A DNA stretch of 17,741 nt from Methanobacterium sp. (GCA_003166335.1 PMWA01000044.1:1898-19638); one strand, 5' to 3'. Numbered from the stretch's first letter, positions 1 through 7,231 are shown. Notes: generated by a model from the sequence alone, not told the origin. Made by a program: numbers and translations.

Positions 1-398
1 AGTTTTTGATTAGCTTTTGATGAGAGGAATAATGTCACTACTGTTGCTGCTTTAATATTTTGATTAAAAAAGTTTCCCCAAATAACTTTAACTTTCTGAT
101 TTACGCCAAAAATTATTATCATAAGTTTAGACCAGAAGTATCTGAGTGGATCTGCTTCGATTCCAATTGCATTTGCTTTATATGTTCTAGCTGCTTCTAT
201 GATGATTCTTCCATCACCGGATCCTAAATCGTATACTAGATCCTTTGAGTTAACTTCTACCATTTCTAACATTTTTCTAACTAATTTTTTTGAGGTGGGT
301 TCCCATCCTGCTCCGATGATATCTGTCCAGATAACCCAAAAAACAAAGAATACTGCTATAGCAACTATAATTAGAAGTAAAGTGGATATTGTTATCAC
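1..398 (-). CDS. Class I SAM-dependent methyltransferase with N-terminal TM helix (FAM173/archaeal protein-lysine MTase-like); runs off the left edge of the window
   Basis: Manual minus-strand translation from GTG at 398: MITISTLLLIIVAIAVFFVFWVIWTDIIGAGWEPTSKKLVRKMLEMVEVNSKDLVYDLGSGDGRIIIEAARTYKANAIGIEADPLRYF...ATVVTLFLSSKANQK. Motif I DLGSGDG and post-I GIE are present, with no stop before position 1. Not in the ORF track. Confidence 0.9.
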   Translation of the reverse strand, partial: MITISTLLLIIVAIAVFFVFWVIWTDIIGAGWEPTSKKLVRKMLEMVEVNSKDLVYDLGSGDGRIIIEAARTYKANAIGIEADPLRYFWSKLMIIIFGVNQKVKVIWGNFFNQNIKAATVVTLFLSSKANQK

Positions 399-549
399 AT
401 TTCAGCCTATTTATCATATTTTTTTTTATATTTATAAAAATAATTTTATTAACATTCTTTTTATTTAATAAGGCTTTGAGTAATATTAGTTAATATATAT
501 TAATCTACATTTAATTTATCTTAAAAAAAAAATTTTTAGTATTTGTGGT

Positions 550-1596
550 TCAAGTCATTGTCTCTTTTAGAATATAGTAAACCATGGATTGAATATCATT
601 GGGTAGTATTCCTTCGATGTAATCATATCCATTATTTAGAAGGACCAAGTCGGGTCTGGCTACTCCTGTAAATGATGTTGGATCGAAATTGTCATCATGT
701 GCACGTGTTAACCAGCTTAAACCAGTTATTCTAACACTTGAGGTACTTAACAATAATGTGAAGACTTTACGTCCGCCTTTAATACTGTTATACCAATTAC
801 CAGCTTGTTCAACTATACATCCCGCATCAGCACCGCCAACAATATCCACTACTAGGGCGTTTTGAGGTACTGTTTTATTTTCAAGAACGTTTAAACTAGC
901 ACTGGGGCCGATTCCAGCTACGTAAGCAGGAACACCTAGCATCTTTAATTCGCTGATTATAGCATTAACTCTCGCTGTATCTACTGTATTACTATAAATA
1001 ATATCAGAGGTAATATAAACGGGTCTGTTAGCATTCCAGGCACTCATGGATACATAGTTGGGTAACCTATTATTGATATAGTAGAAACTCATTACTTTTG
1101 AGTACAATAGAACTGCTGATTCATAGCGCATTAATCCTAGAGATGTGTTTATATAGTTAGGTACTCTTCCATTAGTTGTAATGAAGTTTTTAATATTTTG
1201 AGCAATTGATAAGTATTCTGCCTTGTATATTACACCGCTTTTAAAGTTATTTACTGTTGCTGTTGGAAAAGATACATTTTTAAGAGTTATGGGTGTTTTA
1301 ATGTTATTATTAACATTCAATACACTACTAGTTAAAAGCAGAGTATACTGGGGAAGGGTGATTTGATGATCTGTTTGATTACTGTAAATCTCCACGTAAT
1401 TGGGTACTATATTATAGGTTTCTGAGAGATTAGTGACTCTTGATGAAGCATTAGCAACTTCTTTTAAGGTGAAATTTGTATTAGTATTATTTATAGTGTT
1501 GGTTTGATTTCCAGATACTGCTGTTACATCACCTATACTTAAAGACATGGACATTGACAATGAAAGTATCAACACCAACATCATTTTCCAGTTAAT
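550..1596 (-). CDS. Secreted pseudomurein-binding repeat protein with uncharacterised C-terminal alpha/beta domain (VYITSD...GGADAG...RAHDDNF)
   Basis: PMBR signatures VPNYVEI, NGRVPNYI, NNRLPNYV and EYLSIAQNIKNFI; hydrophobic signal peptide. The ORF track starts at ATG 1584; the proposed start is the in-frame ATT at 1596 after the G-rich SD (see findings). Confidence 0.85.
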   Translation of the reverse strand: MNWKMMLVLILSLSMSMSLSIGDVTAVSGNQTNTINNTNTNFTLKEVANASSRVTNLSETYNIVPNYVEIYSNQTDHQITLPQYTLLLTSSVLNVNNNIKTPITLKNVSFPTATVNNFKSGVIYKAEYLSIAQNIKNFITTNGRVPNYINTSLGLMRYESAVLLYSKVMSFYYINNRLPNYVSMSAWNANRPVYITSDIIYSNTVDTARVNAIISELKMLGVPAYVAGIGPSASLNVLENKTVPQNALVVDIVGGADAGCIVEQAGNWYNSIKGGRKVFTLLLSTSSVRITGLSWLTRAHDDNFDPTSFTGVARPDLVLLNNGYDYIEGILPNDIQSMVYYILKETMT

Positions 1597-1664
1597 TTTT
1601 ACCCCCCCATTAATATGAATTGAATTTAATTAGACTGATTGGTAATTAAAACTTTTAGTAGAAG

Positions 1665-1680
1665 CATATAAATATTTATT
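1665..1680 (-). promoter_or_regulatory. BRE/TATA promoter for PMBR gene 1
   Basis: Minus strand AATAAATA-TTTATATG (TATA at 1672-1665), about 70 nt upstream of the start. Confidence 0.5.
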
Positions 1681-1824
1681 CTTTTTATCTTTAAAAAAGT
1701 AATAAAGGAAGGTTTTGAAATTTTAGAATAATTAAAAAAATATTATTTTCATTTCATCGGGTAATTATGGAGATATAAATATAATCTTAATATTATTTTT
1801 AAAGGTAATTAATGGTGAATTCAC

Positions 1825-1855
1825 TTAATTAAGAATGAATTCTATTCTTAATTAA
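1825..1855. repeat. Perfect 12-bp inverted repeat in the divergent intergenic region
   Basis: TTAATTAAGAAT-GAATTCT-ATTCTTAATTAA. Confidence 0.7.
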
Positions 1856-2257
1856 TTTAATAAATTAAAAAACTTTTTTTTATAAATGAATATAATAAAA
1901 ATTCTTATTTATCCTGGCATATCTGTTTGGTTTACTATTTATTTGTTATAGGTTGTTAGGATTAGTTAATTAAATTTTTAATTATATACTAATTTTTTTA
2001 AAAATTGAATAATCTTTTATTATAGAGTTTTTCTGTTTAATTATCTTTGATGTACCCTATTTATCAATTAAAATATTAATTATTATAATTTAGAGGTATT
2101 GAATATTTATTGGTTGATGAAAAATGTTTTAAATTAATTTATTCGATTAAAAATAGTAAAGGAAGAATTTTATATGGGATTATCTCTTCTAATTACTTTC
2201 TGATTCAGTTTAAACGAATAAAAATAGTTTTATAGTGGTCTTTTTCCCATGAAAATA

Positions 2258-2273
2258 TCAAAAGTTTTATATA
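2258..2273 (+). promoter_or_regulatory. BRE/TATA promoter for the PMBR-transglutaminase gene
   Basis: TCAAAAGT-TTTATATA; aligns with the gene 3 promoter CCAAAACC-TTTATAAG, and both are followed by TATG(C)ATTTGAT. Confidence 0.6.
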
Positions 2274-2297
2274 AGATATGCATTTGATTGTTAAACA

Positions 2298-2331
2298 GTC
2301 TTATTAAATTCTTTATTTGAATTTATAGGAT
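2298..2331 (+). promoter_or_regulatory. 5'-UTR hairpin immediately upstream of the SD
   Basis: TCTTA(2299-2303)/TAGGA(2326-2330), including one G-U pair, plus TAAATTC(2305-2311)/GAATTTA(2319-2325); loop TTTATTT; GGAGG at 2334-2338. Confidence 0.55.
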
Positions 2332-2346
2332 ATGGAGGGCGGTAAA

Positions 2347-3471
2347 ATTAATAGTAGACTATTATATGCTATATTAATATTTTTTAGTTTAAGTTTAGCA
2401 TTACCTCTATGTATAAATTCCGTATCTGCAACTACAGTAAATCAAACAATACACACTAATTCCACTACAAAAATAATTAATACCAATTCTAGTTCTATTA
2501 CTCCAAATAAAAACTTAGCCAGTGGATCACCTAATACAACAAGTGTATCCCAAACTAGTTTTAGCTTAAGTCAAGTTAACAATGCTACAACTAGAGTTAA
2601 AAGCTTTGTTGACACTAACAAGCGATTACCTAATTATGTGACCATCTCTAATCAGGAAGTCACCATGCCACAGTTCCTTCAACTAGTAACCGAAGACTTA
2701 ATTAACACTAATGCTGGTTCTAAAACTTCAGTAACAATGGGATCAGTAAGTATTCCACCAAATCCATCAGAGAGTTTTACCAGCGGAGATATAACTAAAA
2801 CAGAGTATCTAAAGATCGCTAACAGTATACTAGCATTCATAAATTCCAATGGACGAGCACCCAACTATGTCACCACATCCCTAGGAACAATGAATTATGA
2901 ATCCTTGATCTACGATTATTCCAAGATAATGAACTTCTACCTCACAAATAACAAATTACCAAACTATGTTTCAGTCACTCCAGGAGTAATCCAATCATCT
3001 ACTACAACATCAACACCTACTTCACTACAACCATACTTACAACCAGGTACTTATGCTCAATCCACCAATCCTACCATAGAAGCACTGTCAGCATCCATTA
3101 CTAAAGGTTTAACCACCCCTTATGCCAAGGCGGTTGCAATCTTTAACTGGGTAAAAAATAACATCACTTACTCCTTCTATTACGGCACTAAATATGGTGC
3201 TCTCGGAACTTTAACGAGTAAAACTGCAAACTGTGTTGATCATTCCGATTTAGTGGTTGCTCTGGCTCGTGCAGCAGGAATACCAGCTAGATATCAAGAG
3301 GGATACTGTGACTTCTCAGATGGATGGTATGACCATGTTTGGGCTCAACTATACGTGAATGGTCAATGGTACTATGCAGATACCATCAGTACAGCAAACG
3401 CCTTAGGTGTAATTAACAACTGGAACCTCAACACCTATATTTTAGAGGGTACTTACACACAATTCCCATAA
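2347..3471 (+). CDS. Secreted PMBR protein with C-terminal transglutaminase-like cysteine protease domain (putative pseudomurein endoisopeptidase)
   Basis: Signal peptide, Thr/Ser/Asn linker, PMBRs (RLPNYV, GRAPNYV, KLPNYV), TGase core NCVDHS...ALARAAGIPARY...HVWAQ...WYYADT with a Cys/His/Asp triad (codons at 3232, 3334, 3379). The ORF track starts at ATG 2332, which overlaps the SD; ATT 2347 is proposed. Confidence 0.9.
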   Translation: MNSRLLYAILIFFSLSLALPLCINSVSATTVNQTIHTNSTTKIINTNSSSITPNKNLASGSPNTTSVSQTSFSLSQVNNATTRVKSFVDTNKRLPNYVTISNQEVTMPQFLQLVTEDLINTNAGSKTSVTMGSVSIPPNPSESFTSGDITKTEYLKIANSILAFINSNGRAPNYVTTSLGTMNYESLIYDYSKIMNFYLTNNKLPNYVSVTPGVIQSSTTTSTPTSLQPYLQPGTYAQSTNPTIEALSASITKGLTTPYAKAVAIFNWVKNNITYSFYYGTKYGALGTLTSKTANCVDHSDLVVALARAAGIPARYQEGYCDFSDGWYDHVWAQLYVNGQWYYADTISTANALGVINNWNLNTYILEGTYTQFP

Positions 3472-3480
3472 CTTCCCCAA

Positions 3481-3490
3481 TTTTTTTTTT
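3481..3490 (+). terminator. Oligo-T terminator
   Basis: T10 run starting 10 nt after the stop codon; archaeal oligo-U type termination. Confidence 0.55.
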
Positions 3491-3908
3491 AAATAATTCA
3501 AAATCATACGGTAATATTGAATTTGATTTTTTTTAGAGTAAATATATTAATTATCGTCATTATTTTTATGACAGGATAAATAATTATTCCCCATTTCAAT
3601 TAAACTACATCTAAACTGATTAAATATATTTTGTAATATGTATAAACCAGAATACTGCATATTAAAACTCCTATGATTAGTTATTAGTGAATAATTAACT
3701 ATAAATTTTTTATCTTTAATTAGAAGATGTTATATGAGAATAATTAAAGATTAAAGAAACTTTTTAATGACAAATAAAGTTTTAATCTAATTTATTTACT
3801 AGAAACAATAACGGAGCAAACTTATACATAATTCATGCTTCTAATAAGTGCAAAAATCGTCTTAAATCCGTAAAATAACCCTCTACCTCTCTTTTTTGAC
3901 TAAAAAAA

Positions 3909-3924
3909 CCAAAACCTTTATAAG
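3909..3924 (+). promoter_or_regulatory. BRE/TATA promoter for the PMBR-BPL_N gene
   Basis: CCAAAACC-TTTATAAG, homologous to the gene 2 promoter. Confidence 0.6.
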
Positions 3925-3946
3925 GCTATGATTTGATCTATGATTA

Positions 3947-3992
3947 ATCCTAATATAATTCCCTAATTTCCCTAAAAGAAAGTTATTAGGAT
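3947..3992 (+). promoter_or_regulatory. 5'-UTR hairpin immediately upstream of the SD
   Basis: ATCCTAATA(3947-3955)/TATTAGGAT(3984-3992), a perfect 9-bp stem; GGAGG at 3995-3999. Confidence 0.55.
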
Positions 3993-4006
3993 ACGGAGGC
4001 GGTAAA

Positions 4007-5425
4007 ATTAATAGAAATATAATATATGGAATGTTAATAATTTTAACTTTAACATTGCCATTAAATGCAAACCTAGCTTTTGCAACAACTGGAAATCAAA
4101 CTAACACAACAAACAGCACACCAACACCAAACAACACCACAGTAAGCAATAATGCAACTACACAAAATATTAGTACACTATCAACTGCTAAAGTAGCCAA
4201 TAATACAGTATCGACAGTTAAAGTCACAAATACTACAGCATCAACCACTACTGTAAACAATACCACCAGCAGTACTAAGGATATTGCAGCCGGATCACCT
4301 ACAACGACCAGCACAGTAACTAAAACCATTAAAGTATTAATCTACAGTGGAGTTTATACTGCTGAAGATTGTGTAACTGGATTAGAAACCGCATTAAAAT
4401 ACGACAACGCTAACAATGCAATACCTGGAGTCAGTTTCACATACGCCACTTCTACAGTGATTAACTCAGCAACCCTCGCAGGATACAATGTATTAATCAT
4501 GCCGGGTGGAGATGGAGGTTCACTTTATCTTGGAAGCAGCAGCATCAGTGGAACTGCTATCAAAAACTTTGTAGCTAATGGCGGAGGCTACCTAGGAATC
4601 TGCGCAGGCGCATACGCAGGCGCTAATTACGTGTCTGGTGACTATTACGGTTGGGGAGTAGCTCCTGATGTTGACGCTAAACCAGTAGGTTACGTGGGAA
4701 ATTTAACCATGAAATTCACTTCCGCAGCCCAACAGATACTAGGAAGCAGTGGTACAATAACCATATCACATTACAATGGACCAGCAATGTATGTTACCGG
4801 TGGAAATGCCATTATATTAGCAACCTATGCTGATGACCATACCGGTTATGAAGGCTACGCGGATATCGTAGGTGATTACTATGGTAAAGGAAGATCAGTT
4901 CTGATGGGATCCCATCCAGAATTAACACCTCAATATCCTAAGTTAATAGCTGAAATGGTTACATGGGCAGCTAATATATCAACTACTACAACCAGTGCTG
5001 GTACAGTAACCCTGAGCCAAGTTGATAATGCCGCTAACACCGTTAATAACTTCATTAACACCAACAACAGGTTACCCAATTATGTGACTATAAATAATCA
5101 GCAAATTACTATGCCCGAATTCCTTAACATCTTAACAACGGGAGTTCTTGATGCAAATAGTGGATCATCAACGTCTATTCCAGTGAAAAATGTTAATTCA
5201 GCTGCGAAACCTTCAGGGACTTTTAAAGCGGGTACTTTAACGAAAACAGAGTATTTAACAGTGGCAAAGAGTGTTAATAGTTTCATTGCAACTAATGGAC
5301 GGGCACCTAACTACGCTACTACTCCATTAGGTCAAGTATCATTTAGTTCATTGATTCACATGTTCTCAATGGTATTGACTTACTATCTAAACCATGGTAC
5401 TCTGCCAAGCAGCATTACCCCATAA
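4007..5425 (+). CDS. Secreted BPL_N / class I glutamine-amidotransferase-like domain protein with C-terminal pseudomurein-binding repeats
   Basis: Signal peptide ending AFA, Thr/Asn linker, LIMPGG, FVANGGGYLGICAGAY (nucleophile-elbow Cys, codon 4601), YNGP, SHPE (His codon 4913), then PMBRs RLPNYV, GRAPNYA, GTLPSSI. The ORF track starts at ATG 4031; in-frame ATT 4007 is proposed. Confidence 0.88.
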   Translation: MNRNIIYGMLIILTLTLPLNANLAFATTGNQTNTTNSTPTPNNTTVSNNATTQNISTLSTAKVANNTVSTVKVTNTTASTTTVNNTTSSTKDIAAGSPTTTSTVTKTIKVLIYSGVYTAEDCVTGLETALKYDNANNAIPGVSFTYATSTVINSATLAGYNVLIMPGGDGGSLYLGSSSISGTAIKNFVANGGGYLGICAGAYAGANYVSGDYYGWGVAPDVDAKPVGYVGNLTMKFTSAAQQILGSSGTITISHYNGPAMYVTGGNAIILATYADDHTGYEGYADIVGDYYGKGRSVLMGSHPELTPQYPKLIAEMVTWAANISTTTTSAGTVTLSQVDNAANTVNNFINTNNRLPNYVTINNQQITMPEFLNILTTGVLDANSGSSTSIPVKNVNSAAKPSGTFKAGTLTKTEYLTVAKSVNSFIATNGRAPNYATTPLGQVSFSSLIHMFSMVLTYYLNHGTLPSSITP

Positions 5426-5448
5426 AAGTAGTAAAAATTTGATGAATG

Positions 5449-5496
5449 AAAGAGTTTATTTTTAGAGTTTAAACTCTTTTTCTTTATTTTTTTTTA
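5449..5496 (+). terminator. Hairpin plus T-tract between convergent genes
   Basis: AAAGAGTTTA(5449-5458)/TAAACTCTTT(5470-5479), with the internal palindrome AGAGTTTAAACTCT (5464-5477), followed by T runs. Confidence 0.55.
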
Positions 5497-5589
5497 CCTC
5501 AAAAATGATTTAAGTACCCTAACTTTTTTTATTTATATTTACAAAAATCTTGGTTGGTTATTTTTTTTTAGAAATAAATTTTTTTTTTA

Positions 5590-6168
5590 TTAGTAACCCC
5601 ATATCGGAATTTTCGTATAAGTGGCAGTATAACGTTCCAATGTTTGAGTGATCTGTGATGCGTTAAGTCTGTTTACAATTAAAACTGCTTTTCCTATCTT
5701 TTGGGCGTCTATTTGTTCCACCAAACCTGGATATTGTTTTATGATTCGCTTACCATTCTTTTGATAAGTGGATATTCCACCGTAAAGGGCTCTGTTTAAT
5801 CGACTTCTTTCACTCTGATTCAATTTTGAGGTATCATAACTGATGATCATCTTAGCTTTTAAGTATATATCCTCTGCTTCTACTGTCACTGGCTGGCCAT
5901 ACAGGATTAATCCATCCGATAGGATATCCAAAAATTTAGAGTCAGTCTTTAACTCTTTTATATTAAGGTGTGTTACATGAAATTTTTCAGGAAGTTGAGA
6001 ATCTATCTTCTCAACAGTTTGTTTATCCTTTTTCCGATAAATTATAACTAAAGTGACATTTGAATCCTTAATTAATTCTCCCCAACCCGTATAATCCATT
6101 AAAATAATGGATTGTATACCTGGTAATGTTTTAATTTTCTCTGAAAACTCTAAAGCATCTTTTATCAT
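5590..6168 (-). CDS. Degenerate minimal-nucleotidyltransferase-like domain fused to a Cas2/VapD-like ferredoxin-fold domain
   Basis: N-half has MNT-like layout (IQSIILMDYTGWGELIKDSNVTLVII...FLDILSDGLILYG) but lacks the GS and DxD residues. C-half IISYDTSKLNQSERSRLNRALYG...KIGKAVLIV resembles the Cas2 beta1 'hhxYD' motif plus helix. Confidence 0.6.
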   Translation of the reverse strand: MIKDALEFSEKIKTLPGIQSIILMDYTGWGELIKDSNVTLVIIYRKKDKQTVEKIDSQLPEKFHVTHLNIKELKTDSKFLDILSDGLILYGQPVTVEAEDIYLKAKMIISYDTSKLNQSERSRLNRALYGGISTYQKNGKRIIKQYPGLVEQIDAQKIGKAVLIVNRLNASQITQTLERYTATYTKIPIWGY

Positions 6169-6413
6169 TGAAATTTCATGTCCTGAAAATGATTTTATAA
6201 TTAATATTATGAATTCTTGGTTTTATTAATTTATTTACTCTTTCTGTTATATTAATATAACAAAAACATTTTTTTTTTAATTAATTTTATATTAACTATA
6301 AAATAAAAATAAAGTATAAAAGATCAAATTAAAATTTTAACATAATCTTAAAAAAAATTTTGAATTATATTCATAAAAAAGAGCAAACTTGTATTTCTGG
6401 TAGTTTGATATTC

Positions 6414-6584
6414 ATGACCCCGGAAAAGAAGAAGAAAAATGAAAAAGAATTATTCACTTTATATCAAAATGATGGAAGCTTTCCCATAACAACCTGTAAA
6501 ATATCCTTGAAGAAGCCCCGATCAAAGAAGAAATATGATGTTGAAACAGAATTAGAGAATACTAAAATGGATATGATTCAATAA
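6414..6584 (+). CDS. Small basic hypothetical protein (about 56 aa)
   Basis: Lys-rich ORF; ATG 6414 is preferred over TTG 6360 because a promoter-like GAGCAAACTTGTAT lies at 6381-6394; ends 32 nt before the nitroreductase. Confidence 0.45.
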   Translation: MTPEKKKKNEKELFTLYQNDGSFPITTCKISLKKPRSKKKYDVETELENTKMDMIQ

Positions 6585-6616
6585 TAAAAATATAAGTAAT
6601 TAAAGGAGAATTACCT

Positions 6617-7129
6617 ATGGATGTTTTTAACGCAATAACTAACAGGCGAAGTATTAGAAAGTATAAAGACACTGGAATAGAAGAAGAGAAAATCAATAAA
6701 ATTATGGAAGCAGCTAGACTTGCACCATCCGCTGCTAATCGTCAGCAATGGAAGTTTATCATAGTCAAAGATAAGAATACCAAAGAAAGATTAGTTGATG
6801 CAGCTCACGGACAGGAAATGGTGGCTGAAGCACCGGTTTTAATTGTAGCCTGCTCCACAGAATCAGAGTCTATAATGCCCTGTGGTCAATACGCTTATAC
6901 AGTTGATTTATCAATAGCCATATCATTTATGATACTGGAAGCTACAGAACAGGAATTAGGAACCTGCTGGTTAGGTGCCTTTAATGAAGATATGGTTAAA
7001 AAGATTCTATATATATCCGATGAAATCAGAGTTGTAGGTATGTTTACTTTAGGTTATGCGGATGAAAAACCGGCTCCAAGACCTCGGAAAAATAAAGAAG
7101 AAATAATATGTTACGATAAATATGAATAG
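6617..7129 (+). CDS. Nitroreductase family protein (FMN-dependent)
   Basis: [30 protein letters not shown] motifs; AGGAG SD upstream. Confidence 0.95.
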   Translation: MDVFNAITNRRSIRKYKDTGIEEEKINKIMEAARLAPSAANRQQWKFIIVKDKNTKERLVDAAHGQEMVAEAPVLIVACSTESESIMPCGQYAYTVDLSIAISFMILEATEQELGTCWLGAFNEDMVKKILYISDEIRVVGMFTLGYADEKPAPRPRKNKEEIICYDKYE

Positions 7130-7166
7130 AAAATATTCAAAATATTTACTATAGTAAAGTCTCTAA

Positions 7167-7231
7167 ATGAGCACTTTTATTTCTAATTAATTATATCAGT
7201 GAGGTATAATTTTTTAATAATAAATGCTCAT
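7167..7231 (+). repeat. Long imperfect hairpin downstream of the nitroreductase, followed by a T-run
   Basis: ATGAGCA/TGCTCAT outer stem, TTTATT/AATAAA middle stem, AATTATATC/GGTATAATT inner stem, loop AGTGA. Confidence 0.5.

Noticed and set aside
199..468. 89-aa plus-strand ORF
   Set aside because: Antisense shadow of the minus-strand methyltransferase (1-398)
1602..1608. G7 tract at the gene 1 SD as a phase-variation switch
   Set aside because: Short tract that aligns with the GGAGG(G)CGG SD of the paralogs; no evidence of slippage from a single sequence
2679..2864. 61-aa minus-strand ORF
   Set aside because: Antisense within the PMBR-transglutaminase gene
4096..5286. 77-aa Val-rich and 62-aa minus-strand ORFs
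   Set aside because: Antisense to gene 3; the Val-rich, TM-like look is the mirror of Thr/Asn codons
550..5425. Prophage lysis module (Pei-like)
   Set aside because: The proteins have signal peptides, and no integrase, capsid or terminase genes are present; the context is chromosomal
5590..6168. CRISPR-Cas locus suggested by the Cas2-like domain
   Set aside because: No repeat-spacer array or other cas genes in the window
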